Of a stretch of 39,112 nucleotides of DNA, positions 15,758-24,370 are shown in pieces. Position numbers and translations under genes: made by a program. Numbering within the stretch: the first letter of the stretch is position 1; each line of letters opens with the position of its first letter. Origin of the DNA: a virus (Duplodnaviria > Caudoviricetes); the IMG/VR virus record IMGVR_UViG_3300038809_000040, positions 1-39,112 of that record. One strand, 5' to 3'. The notes beneath the pieces are model-generated. The model had not been told where the DNA came from. It worked only from the letters and a program-made list of their open reading frames with translations, and searched no databases.

Positions 15758-17455
15758 ATGGGAATCGCTTACACAACGGCCTGCCTGGACTGGGTGGATC
15801 GCTTGCGTGCGGGAAAGAGCATCATCCCGCCGCCGATCTACCCAAGCCAGGCGGAAGAGGCACTGCAGGTCTTCAAGCAGCTGCGGATCGTCGATGCACC
15901 AGGTAGCCCGACCTTTGGGGAAGCCTGCGAGCCATGGGTTTTCGACTTTGTGGCGGCCATCTTTGGCGCCTACGACGCGGAGACCGGTCGACGGCTGATT
16001 CGCGAGGTGCTGATGCTGATCCCGAAGAAGAACAGCAAGTCCACGCTGGCGGCCGGAATCATGGTGACTGCCTTGATCCTGAACTGGCGTGTGTCAGCGG
16101 AGATGATCATCCTGGCCCCGACCGTGGAAATCGCCAACAACGCGTTCGCGCCGGCCCGGGACATGATCAAGGTCGATGACGACCTGTCCGAACTGTTCCA
16201 CGTGCAGGACCATGTACGCACCATCACCCATCGGACGATGGGGGCCACCTTGAAGGTGGTCGCGGCCGATAGCGAAACAGTCGGTGGCAAGAAAGCCAGC
16301 TGGGTTCTGATCGATGAGGAGTGGCTGTTCGGCAAGCGCCCCAATGCCGAGGCGATGTTCCGCGAAGCGGTCGGTGGCCTGGCGTCGCGCCCGGAAGGGA
16401 TCGTCATCAAGCTGACGACCCAGTCCGATGAGCCGCCGGCGGGTGTGTTCAAGCAGGACCTGCAGCGCATGCGGGACGTACGTGATGGCAAGATCGTGGA
16501 CCCTCAGTCGTTGCCGGTGCTCTATGAGCACCCACCTGAGATGGTTGCCGCTGGCGATCACCTGAAGCTGGAGAACATGCCACTGGTCAATCCCAACTTC
16601 GGGGTGTCGGTGGACTCGGAGTTCCTGCGACGGGAATACGAGAAGGCCGAACAGGCGGGCGAGCATTCTCTAAGGGGCTTTCTGGCCAAGCATGCGAATG
16701 TCGAAGTCGGGCTCAATTTGCGCTCGGATCGCTGGGCCGGGGCGGACTTCTGGGAACAGCAAGCCCGTCCGGAGCTTGTGGCGACGCTGGATGATCTGCT
16801 GCAGCGTTGCGAGGTGATCACCACCGGGATCGATGGTGGTGGGCTGGACGATCTGCTGGGCTTGGCAGCGGTAGGGCGTGAACGGGAAACGCGCAAGTGG
16901 CTGGCCTGGGTTCACGCTTGGGCGCACGAGATCGTGCTGGAGCGGCGCAAGGATATCGTCACCAAGCTTCGCGAGTTCGAGCGGGCAGGTGATCTCACCA
17001 TCGTCAAGCTGCCGGGGCAGGACGTGGATCAGGTGGCCGATGCCATCTGCCGGATCAAGCAGGCGGGCCTGATGCCTGAAGAGAACGGGATCGGGGTGGA
17101 CCCGGCAGGAATCGGGGCCATTGTTGATGAGCTGACCACCGAGGATCGAGGCATCGATCTCAAGCAGATCGTGGCCGTCTCCCAAGGCTGGAAGCTCAAT
17201 GGCGCCATCAAGACGACAGAACGTGCATTGGCCGGTGGAGACCTGGTCCACGCCGGGCAACCTCTGATGGCGTGGTCGGTAGGCAATGCGAAGGTGGTTC
17301 CAGCCGGAAACGCCATCACGATCACCAAGCAGGTCAGCGGTACAGCAAAGATCGATCCGCTGATGGCGCTCTTCAACGCGGTTTCGTTGATGGCACTCAA
17401 TCCAACTGCTCGCGGCACCTCCGTTTACGAGAGCCGCGGCATTCGATTCCTATAA
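15758..17455 (+). CDS. terL: Terminase large subunit
   Basis: Walker A LIPKKNSKST, Walker B VLIDE, C-terminal nuclease KIDP. Confidence 0.96.
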   Translation: MGIAYTTACLDWVDRLRAGKSIIPPPIYPSQAEEALQVFKQLRIVDAPGSPTFGEACEPWVFDFVAAIFGAYDAETGRRLIREVLMLIPKKNSKSTLAAGIMVTALILNWRVSAEMIILAPTVEIANNAFAPARDMIKVDDDLSELFHVQDHVRTITHRTMGATLKVVAADSETVGGKKASWVLIDEEWLFGKRPNAEAMFREAVGGLASRPEGIVIKLTTQSDEPPAGVFKQDLQRMRDVRDGKIVDPQSLPVLYEHPPEMVAAGDHLKLENMPLVNPNFGVSVDSEFLRREYEKAEQAGEHSLRGFLAKHANVEVGLNLRSDRWAGADFWEQQARPELVATLDDLLQRCEVITTGIDGGGLDDLLGLAAVGRERETRKWLAWVHAWAHEIVLERRKDIVTKLREFERAGDLTIVKLPGQDVDQVADAICRIKQAGLMPEENGIGVDPAGIGAIVDELTTEDRGIDLKQIVAVSQGWKLNGAIKTTERALAGGDLVHAGQPLMAWSVGNAKVVPAGNAITITKQVSGTAKIDPLMALFNAVSLMALNPTARGTSVYESRGIRFL

Positions 17456-17463
17456 GGAACCTC

Positions 17464-18738
17464 ATGTCTCGTTTCAATGCCGAAGATCTGGCGTCTCTGG
17501 ACCGGTACTGGAACCCTCCGCCCGTCCTCGATACGCCTCCGTCACAAGCTGCGCGGGCCCAAGCTGGCCAGTTCACTGGCATGGACGACCCGGCACTATT
17601 GGAGTTCATTCGATCGCAAGGTGGGCACGGCGGCGGTGGCTACCAGCTCCGCAATATGGCAGTGCTCCGCTGCCTGTCTCTGATCTGCGGGACCATCGGC
17701 ATGCTGCCGCTGAACCTGGTTGAGTCGGGTGGGAAGAAGCGGATAGCCACCGAGCATCCCGCGCACCGCCTCCTGAAGATCAAGCCGAATCCATGGCAGA
17801 CGCCGCTGGAGTTCAAGCGGCAGATGGAGCTGGCCCGGCAGCGGCACGGGGATGCCTACGCGCGGATCGTGTGGTCAGCAGGCCGGCCAATCCACCTTAT
17901 CCCGTTGGATTCCCCAGCGGTGCGGGCAGAGCTGGGCGAAGACTGGCGCATGCTCTATCGGTTCAACAGCAAAAAGCGCGGCGAGGTGATCCTCAAACAG
18001 GAGGAAGTGCTGCACATCCGCGACCTATCCGTAGACGGCGTGACCAGTCTGTCCAGGATGAAGCTGGCAGATCGGGCTATCCGCCTGGCGCTGGATGCGG
18101 AACAGGCAGCAAGCCGGATCTTTGAGACCGGCAACATGGCTGGCGGTGCCATTGAGGTTCCGCAGGCGTTGAGCGACCTGGCCTATGGCCGGATGCGTGG
18201 ATCTCTGGACACTGAGTACGCCGGAGCGACAGCAGCGCAGAAGTGGATGCTTCTGGAGGAAGGGGCCAAGGCCAACAAGTTCGGAAGCACCGCCCAAGAG
18301 GCCCAGCACGTCGAGAATCGCAGCGCGCAGGTGGAGGAGGTGGCCAGGCTCTACGGTGTGCCACGACCGCTCCTATTCCTGAGCGATACCAGCTGGGGCA
18401 CCGGCATCGAGCAGTTGGGCATCTTCTTCCTGCAGTACACGATGCTGGAGCACTTCACCAACTGGGAGCAGGCGGTCGCGCGATCGCTGATCGACGAGCG
18501 GGACCTGGAGCGCTACCAGCCCAAGTTCAACGTGCGGGCGCTGATGCGCGGCACGCTCAAGGATCAGGCCGACTTCTTCAAGGCCGCCCTTGGATCGGGT
18601 GGTACGGCACCGTTCCATACGCAGAACGAGGTCCGCGACCTGCTGGATTACCCCGAATCGGATCAGCCCGGGGCCAACGACCTGATCAACCCCATGACAC
18701 AGAAGGGAAAGAGCAATGAGCCTCCGGCAGCTGCCTGA
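17464..18738 (+). CDS. HK97-family portal protein
   Basis: HP..RLL..KPNPWQT..EF, GDAYA.I, EVLHIR, EEVARLYGVP; AAGGA RBS. Confidence 0.95.
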   Translation: MSRFNAEDLASLDRYWNPPPVLDTPPSQAARAQAGQFTGMDDPALLEFIRSQGGHGGGGYQLRNMAVLRCLSLICGTIGMLPLNLVESGGKKRIATEHPAHRLLKIKPNPWQTPLEFKRQMELARQRHGDAYARIVWSAGRPIHLIPLDSPAVRAELGEDWRMLYRFNSKKRGEVILKQEEVLHIRDLSVDGVTSLSRMKLADRAIRLALDAEQAASRIFETGNMAGGAIEVPQALSDLAYGRMRGSLDTEYAGATAAQKWMLLEEGAKANKFGSTAQEAQHVENRSAQVEEVARLYGVPRPLLFLSDTSWGTGIEQLGIFFLQYTMLEHFTNWEQAVARSLIDERDLERYQPKFNVRALMRGTLKDQADFFKAALGSGGTAPFHTQNEVRDLLDYPESDQPGANDLINPMTQKGKSNEPPAAA

Positions 18739-19558
18739 CATCCGTGCTGAGCGACGGCTCGGCGCCGCCCAGTTCGACATGCGTCCCGACGCGCTCGAAC
18801 GCTGGGAGCCCGAAGTTCGCGCCGCCGGCAACGACGCGAACAGCATCTCGATCTATGACTCGATCGGCGAAAACTGGGAGGGCACTGGCGTCACCGCCAA
18901 ACGGATCAGCGCCGCCCTACGCGCCATCGGCGAGAAAGACGTGGTGGTGAACATCAACTCGCCCGGCGGCGACTTCTTCGAAGGTGTCGCGATTTACAAC
19001 CTGCTGCGCGAGCACCAGGGCAGGGTGACTGTTCAGGTCATGGGCCTGGCCGCGTCGGCGGCGTCGGTGATCGCGATGGCCGGCGACGAGATCCTGATGG
19101 GCGATGGATCGTTCCTGATGATCCACAACGCTTGGGCGGTGGCCATCGGCAATCGGCACGATATGGCCGACGCAGCAAGGCTGCTGGAGCCCTTCGACAC
19201 GGCAATGGCCAAGGTCTACGCGGCCCGCTCGGGCGTCACCGAGGCCGAAGCTGCACGGATGATGGATGAAGAGACCTGGATCGGCGCCGCCCAAGCGGTA
19301 GAGGACGGCTTTGCCGATGGCCTGCTGGACGGAGCAGCCGCCACCAAGGATGCCAAGCAGGCATCGGGTGGGCGCAAGGCCTTGGCCTTGGTCGAGGCGG
19401 CGATGGCCAAGGCAGGCCACTCCCGCTCCATGCGCCGCGACACTCTGAAATCGCTGTTCAACGGCAAGCCGAGCGCTGCCGGGTCCGCTACGCCGAGCGC
19501 TGGCGGCAACGAAACCTCGGCCCTGCTGCAGGGCCTTCTCGAAAACATCAAAGCCTAA
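18716..19558 (+). CDS. ClpP-like (S14) prohead protease
   Basis: INSPGGD, GLAASAASVIAMAGD, LMIHNAW, MDEETW. Confidence 0.95.
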   Translation: MSLRQLPDIRAERRLGAAQFDMRPDALERWEPEVRAAGNDANSISIYDSIGENWEGTGVTAKRISAALRAIGEKDVVVNINSPGGDFFEGVAIYNLLREHQGRVTVQVMGLAASAASVIAMAGDEILMGDGSFLMIHNAWAVAIGNRHDMADAARLLEPFDTAMAKVYAARSGVTEAEAARMMDEETWIGAAQAVEDGFADGLLDGAAATKDAKQASGGRKALALVEAAMAKAGHSRSMRRDTLKSLFNGKPSAAGSATPSAGGNETSALLQGLLENIKA

Positions 19559-19569
19559 GAGGCCAACAC

Positions 19570-20820
19570 ATGACCAAGATGACCCACGGCCGCGTCCCGC
19601 GCGGCCTCGTTTCCGTGCACGCCGATGGCGGCAGCCAGCCCGACGTGAAGGCACTGGTGGAGTCGCTGAACAAGGCATTCGCCGATTTCAAGGCCGAGCA
19701 CACCAAGCAGCTGGAAGAGATCAAGAAGGGCAGCGCCGATGCACTGCAGGCTCTGAAGGTCGACAACATCAATGCGGACATCACCCGCCTGCAGGCTGCG
19801 GTCGACCAAGCCAACACCCAGATGGCCGCGTTCCAGATGGGCGGTGGTAGCGTCGGCAGCGGTGTCGCCGATGCCGAGTACACCGATTCCTTCCGTGCCC
19901 ACTTCCGCAAGGGTGAAGTGCAGGCGGCCCTGAACAAGGGCGCGGCCGATGAAGGTGGATACCTGGCCCCGGTCGAATGGGATCGTTCGATCACTGACCG
20001 ACTGGTCATCGTGTCGGATATGCGGCAGTTGGCCAACGTGCAGCCCTGCTCCGGTGCGGGCCTGACCAAGCTCTACAACACCGGCGGCACTTCGTCGGGC
20101 TGGGTGGGCGAAGAAGATGCCCGCCCGGAGACCGCAACGGCGAAGCTGCGTCCGCTCAGCTTCGGCTGGGGCGAGATCTACGCCAATCCGGCGGCGACCC
20201 AGCAGCTGCTGGACGATGCCGAGATTGACCTGGAGGCATGGCTGGCCGGCGAGGTCGAGCTGGAGTTCGCCAAGCAGGAGGGCGATGCGTTCTTCTCCGG
20301 CAATGGCGTCAACAAGCCGTTCGGCATCCTGACCTACGTGGACGGTGGCGCCAACGCGGCCAAGCATCCGTTTGGTGCGATCAAGGTGGTGAACAGCGGC
20401 GTGGCGGCCGGCATCAACGGTGACAGCATTCTCGACCTGGTCTATGACCTGCCGTCGGCATTCACCGCGGGCGCCAAGTTCGCGCTGAACCGCAAGACCC
20501 AGGGTGTGGTGCGCAAGCTGAAGGATGCGCAGGGCAACTACCTGTGGCAGCCGTCGCTGGTGGCCGGCCAGCCGTCGACCCTGGCCGGCTTTGCGGTGCA
20601 GGACGTGGCTGCGATCCCGGATGTGGAAGCAAACGCCATCGCCGCGCTGTTCGGCGACTTCAAGCAGACCTATACCGTGTACGACCGCAAGGGCGTGCGC
20701 GTGCTGCGCGACCCGTACACCAACAAGCCCTACGTGATGTTCTACACCACCAAGCGCGTGGGCGGCGGTGTGCACAACCCCGAGCCGATGCGCGCCCTCA
20801 AGATCGCGGCTTCGGCCTGA
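19570..20820 (+). CDS. HK97-fold major capsid protein
   Basis: Delta-domain coiled coil, GGYLAP, WVGE, KLKDAQGNYLWQPS, FGDFK, RVGG. Confidence 0.97.
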   Translation: MTKMTHGRVPRGLVSVHADGGSQPDVKALVESLNKAFADFKAEHTKQLEEIKKGSADALQALKVDNINADITRLQAAVDQANTQMAAFQMGGGSVGSGVADAEYTDSFRAHFRKGEVQAALNKGAADEGGYLAPVEWDRSITDRLVIVSDMRQLANVQPCSGAGLTKLYNTGGTSSGWVGEEDARPETATAKLRPLSFGWGEIYANPAATQQLLDDAEIDLEAWLAGEVELEFAKQEGDAFFSGNGVNKPFGILTYVDGGANAAKHPFGAIKVVNSGVAAGINGDSILDLVYDLPSAFTAGAKFALNRKTQGVVRKLKDAQGNYLWQPSLVAGQPSTLAGFAVQDVAAIPDVEANAIAALFGDFKQTYTVYDRKGVRVLRDPYTNKPYVMFYTTKRVGGGVHNPEPMRALKIAASA

Positions 20821-20881
20821 TCACCCACCCGTCGGGCGGCCTCGCGCCGCCCGGCATCCACCCTGTGATCGAGGAGCCGCA

Positions 20882-21352
20882 ATGGCAAAGTTCATCAAGC
20901 CCTTCCGTGGAGTGCCGGAAGGCGAGATCTATCCCGTCCAGTTCGTTGCGGGAGATGACTGCCCGCCCGAGCTGGAGGCCGGCGCACTCTCTGTCGGTGC
21001 TCTCAGCCTGATGGCAGACACACCGCCCCCGTTCCTGCTGGGATCCAGTGTTCAGCCGGCGAGCTTCGATCTTTCCGACGGCAGTGTCCTGTCGTTGGGC
21101 GACGTGGTTGGCCGCGCACACGCAGCCTCGGGGCTGTCGGTGGAGGACTGGAACGCGCTTGAGGACACCGCACGCGAGGCGCTGATCGCCGAGACCGTCG
21201 ACAAGCTGTCCGACGAGGACGGCAAGGGCCAAGTCGCTGCCGAAGACAAGCCAGCCTTGATGGCGCAGCTTGAATCTGCGGGTATCCCGTTCGACAAGCG
21301 CTGGGGGGCGGAGAAGTTGGCCGCTGCTCTGGCTGAAGGGAAGAAGGACTGA
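20882..21352 (+). CDS. Capsid-adjacent modular protein with C-terminal HeH/LEM-like helix pair
   Basis: GAGGAG RBS; ends LMAQLESAGIPFDKRWGAEKLAAAL. Confidence 0.75.
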   Translation: MAKFIKPFRGVPEGEIYPVQFVAGDDCPPELEAGALSVGALSLMADTPPPFLLGSSVQPASFDLSDGSVLSLGDVVGRAHAASGLSVEDWNALEDTAREALIAETVDKLSDEDGKGQVAAEDKPALMAQLESAGIPFDKRWGAEKLAAALAEGKKD

Positions 21353-21353
21353 T

Positions 21354-21833
21354 ATGCCCATCGTCTCACTCGCACAGGCCCGCTCGCATGTGCGAGTTGA
21401 GGCCGATTACCCCGAGGAACAGCTGCAGGCCGCCATTGCCGGCGCGCAGGATGCAGCGCAGGCATACCTCAATCGGCGGATCTACCAGGACGCCGACGCC
21501 TTGGCTCTCGCACGGAGTAGCTATCCAGATGCAATGAAGGCCGCTGCGCTTGCAAAAAGCCAGGCGCTTGCAGACGCGGCGTTCATTGAGGATGGCGACG
21601 AGCGCACTGCCGCGATACGGCTGGCGGTTGTCGCCCATCGCGAGGCGACAGCAGAGGCGGACGCCTGCATCCACGGCGTTGTTGTGAATGCCAGCATCTT
21701 CTCGGCCATCCTGCTGACGCTCGGTCACCTGTACGCGAACCGCACGGACGTGATCGTGGGGGCTCAGGCGGTAGAGCTACCCAACGGTGCCAATAGCCTT
21801 CTGCGCCCATACCGAAGGGTGATGATGCCATGA
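21354..21833 (+). CDS. Head-tail connector (HK97 gp6-like)
   Basis: SLAQARSHVRV ... AQAYLNR ... AILLTLGHLYANR ... LL.PYR. Confidence 0.9.
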   Translation: MPIVSLAQARSHVRVEADYPEEQLQAAIAGAQDAAQAYLNRRIYQDADALALARSSYPDAMKAAALAKSQALADAAFIEDGDERTAAIRLAVVAHREATAEADACIHGVVVNASIFSAILLTLGHLYANRTDVIVGAQAVELPNGANSLLRPYRRVMMP

Positions 21834-22165
21834 CGCTTCTAGATGGCGATCTGCAGAACCGTATCCGCTTCGAGCGCAAGACTGATTCGCGCGATCCACT
21901 GGGCGGCCCAGGTAAGCCGGTGTGGGTCGAGGTTGTGAGTGTGTGGGCCAAGGCCACCAACAATCTTGCGGCAACGACAGAGGCGGTCGCCGCCGGTGCC
22001 GAGCGCTACCGGGAGCAGGTTAGGTTCGATATACGCCCGCGTGACGTTGATCCTCAGTGGCGGATCGTATTCCGTGGCCGCGTCTTCGATATCAAAAGCA
22101 TCGCACCCAGCAACGACCGTAGCGAGGTGGCGATCATCGCCGTAGCGGGGCTGACCAATGTCTGA
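21830..22165 (+). CDS. Head closure protein (gp7/SPP1 gp16-like)
   Basis: GDL..RI ... D.LGG...W..V..VWA ... RI...GRVFDI. Confidence 0.88.
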   Translation: MTLLDGDLQNRIRFERKTDSRDPLGGPGKPVWVEVVSVWAKATNNLAATTEAVAAGAERYREQVRFDIRPRDVDPQWRIVFRGRVFDIKSIAPSNDRSEVAIIAVAGLTNV

Positions 22166-22661
22166 GCAGGTGAAGATCGACGGTCTGGACGGCCTCCTGC
22201 GCTCACTGCGGGAGGCCCCCAAGGCGATCCAGGGAAGGGCGGTCCAAACCGGCATGCGCAAGGGCGGCAACGTCATCCGGGACGACGCCAGGCGCCGGGC
22301 ACCGAAAGAATCGGGGTTCATGGCATCGCAGATCGTGACGCGCAGAGCCAACAGCAGGAGCCGGCAGCGTGCAGGTGTGGGCCAAGGCGGTGAGTACTTC
22401 ACGGTTGGCGTCAAGACTGGGCGCCGCCGCAAGTACGCCAACACCAAGCGCAACCGTCGCCGTGGCCGCGTTGGGAAGGTCTACGAGGAGGCAGGGTGGG
22501 CCTATTACTGGCGCTTCGTGGAGTTCGGCACCAAGAATATGCGGGCCTCTCCCTTCCTCACACCCGCCGGTGAGGCCAAGGGGCCGGAAGCGGCACAGGT
22601 GATCATCAATGAAACTTGGGCCGCGCTGGACAAGCAGCTGAAAAAGGATGGCTGGCGATGA
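22158..22661 (+). CDS. HK97 gp10-like neck/tail protein
   Basis: IDGLDGL ... YYWRFVEFGT..M...PFL.PA. Confidence 0.9.
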   Translation: MSEQVKIDGLDGLLRSLREAPKAIQGRAVQTGMRKGGNVIRDDARRRAPKESGFMASQIVTRRANSRSRQRAGVGQGGEYFTVGVKTGRRRKYANTKRNRRRGRVGKVYEEAGWAYYWRFVEFGTKNMRASPFLTPAGEAKGPEAAQVIINETWAALDKQLKKDGWR

Positions 22662-23020
22662 TGGTTCCCCTGATCCAATCGCTGCTGGAAGGCGATCCGA
22701 CCGTCCGGCAGCAGCTCGGTGACCCCGTCCGCATGTTCCTGGGCAGCGCGCCTCAGAACACGTCGCTCCCTTACGCAACGTGGGAGGTGGTCAGCGGCTC
22801 GCCAACCGCGATGCTGTCCGATCCGCCGCCGGCTGACGGCTGGCGGGTCCGCATGACCGTATGGGGCGAGGCCCTCAGCCAAGCCAACGGCGTTGCCGTC
22901 GCCATCCGCGATGTGGTGGAGCGCGTGGGCAGCATCGAGTCGTACAACCCGACGCCCGACAGCGACGGCACGGATTCGATAGGCATTTCATTCGACGTGC
23001 GGCTCCTGCAGCTGCGCTGA
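22658..23020 (+). CDS. Tail terminator (DUF3168-like)
   Basis: AP...LPY.TW.VVSG; position before tail tube gene. Confidence 0.8.
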   Translation: MMVPLIQSLLEGDPTVRQQLGDPVRMFLGSAPQNTSLPYATWEVVSGSPTAMLSDPPPADGWRVRMTVWGEALSQANGVAVAIRDVVERVGSIESYNPTPDSDGTDSIGISFDVRLLQLR

Positions 23021-23041
23021 TCCACACAACGGCAACCCTTC

Positions 23042-23062
23042 GGCCCCGCAAGGGGCCTTTTT
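23042..23062 (+). terminator. Intrinsic terminator within late operon
   Basis: GGCCCC-gcaa-GGGGCCTTTTT. Confidence 0.75.
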
Positions 23063-23098
23063 CATGCCCGGCGACGGGCACAACGCAAGGAAACCCCT

Positions 23099-23578
23099 AT
23101 GGGACAGGTAATCAAGTCGAAGCACTCCCAGTTGTTCGTCGCCACCGATGCGACTGAGGTCACCAAGGTGACCCGACTCCGCTCGGTTGGCTTCCCCGAT
23201 GGCCAGGCCTCGGAGATCGATATCTCCGACTACGACGACGACTGGGACCAGTTCGTCGCCGGGCGCAAGCAGACCGGCAGCACCAGCATCGAGATCATCT
23301 ACGACAGCGAAGATCACGAGAAGCTGGAAGATCTCCACAAGACCGGCGCTGTCGTGAACTGGCTGGTGACCGCGCCGAAGTCGGAAACTGAAGGAGCGGC
23401 GAAGCCGGTCGCAGTCGCCGGCAAGATCACCCCGCCCACTGACGTGCTGTCCAAGCAGTTCGACGGCTTCGTCCAGAACTTCGCGGTGACCAGCCAGGAC
23501 AACGACGTCTGGAAGGCCACGATCACCATCCGCGGCTCCGGCGCAGTCACTACCAACCGGCCTTCGGTGGGCGGCTGA
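23099..23578 (+). CDS. Major tail tube protein
   Basis: EIDIS.......FVAG....G, F.GFV ... ITIR.SG; position. Confidence 0.88.
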   Translation: MGQVIKSKHSQLFVATDATEVTKVTRLRSVGFPDGQASEIDISDYDDDWDQFVAGRKQTGSTSIEIIYDSEDHEKLEDLHKTGAVVNWLVTAPKSETEGAAKPVAVAGKITPPTDVLSKQFDGFVQNFAVTSQDNDVWKATITIRGSGAVTTNRPSVGG

Positions 23579-23702
23579 CCGTCGCAACGGCGCTATCTCT
23601 CGGCCCGCTTCGGCGGGCCATCTCTCTGATGGGGCGTGCGGATCCTCCGCGTGTTAGCCGTGCGCGGCCCGCGCGCCCTGTCGCCAATCAAGGAAACGGC
23701 CA

Positions 23703-24077
23703 ATGAGCAAGACCAGCGAAACCACCGATACCCAGCCGCAGCAGCCTGTGAGCATCCTGCAGTCGTTCACCGACCTGGGCATGTTCGCCTCCAAGGACGT
23801 GCACGCTGACGCGATCACCCTGCCGAACGGCGACAAGGCGCGCTTCCATGTGCGTGAGCTGCCGGATGCGGAGTTCCGCAAGCTGTGGGGTGAGGGCGAC
23901 CGCGCCAAGCTGATCGCGGCGACCATCTGCGACGAGGACGGCAAGCCGGTCATGAACGTGACGCAGGCCGCCCAGCTCAAGCCGCTGGTGGCCGCTGAGC
24001 TGCAGCGCGTGGCCATGAAGCACTCCGGTTTCGGCGACGACGCCGCGCAGGCGCAGGCCGACGCGGGAAACGGCTAA
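23703..24077 (+). CDS. Tail assembly chaperone (gpG-like)
   Basis: ICDEDGKP motif; ends on G GGA AAC slippery site. Confidence 0.85.
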   Translation: MSKTSETTDTQPQQPVSILQSFTDLGMFASKDVHADAITLPNGDKARFHVRELPDAEFRKLWGEGDRAKLIAATICDEDGKPVMNVTQAAQLKPLVAAELQRVAMKHSGFGDDAAQAQADAGNG

Positions 24078-24370
24078 GGCAGCGTGGCGAGGACTGGTTC
24101 TGGAAGGTCCTCGCCGGTCACCTGCACCGGACGGTGTCGGACTTGCGGGCCACCATGTCGCGCCGCGAGTTCCTGGAATGGTGGGAGTTCCACAAGCGGA
24201 ACCCCATCGACCCCGTGAGCCTGCACATCAAGCCCGCTGCCTTCGCCGCGTACATCACCGCCTCGCACAGCCAGGGCGGGACCAAGCGCTCCTTTCAGCA
24301 CTACCTCGACGCCCTTGTGCCCCGGTCCGATGAGGACGAGGCGCAGGACTGGTTCGACGGACTGGGATGA
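24065..24370 (+). CDS. gpT-like extension read by -1 frameshift
   Basis: GGGAAAC at 24065-24071; -1 frame reads KRLRQRGEDWFWKVLAGHLHRTVSDLRATMSRREFLEW to 24370. Confidence 0.85.
   Translation, partial: GKRLRQRGEDWFWKVLAGHLHRTVSDLRATMSRREFLEWWEFHKRNPIDPVSLHIKPAAFAAYITASHSQGGTKRSFQHYLDALVPRSDEDEAQDWFDGLG

Noticed and set aside
15185-16205. parS-like half sites (CGTGAAAC, TGTTCCACG, and TGTTCCACGTG in terL)
   Set aside because: No complete 16-bp palindrome, no parAB genes, and the terL copy is explained by codons for LFHV
19555-20775. 406-aa antisense ORF over the capsid gene
   Set aside because: Codon-aligned shadow expected from strong GC3 bias; no coupling to neighbouring minus-strand genes
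23602-23690. Hairpins after the tail tube gene as a possible ncRNA
   Set aside because: GGCCCGC-TTCG-GCGGGCC is adequately explained as an mRNA-stabilising or attenuating hairpin after a highly expressed gene
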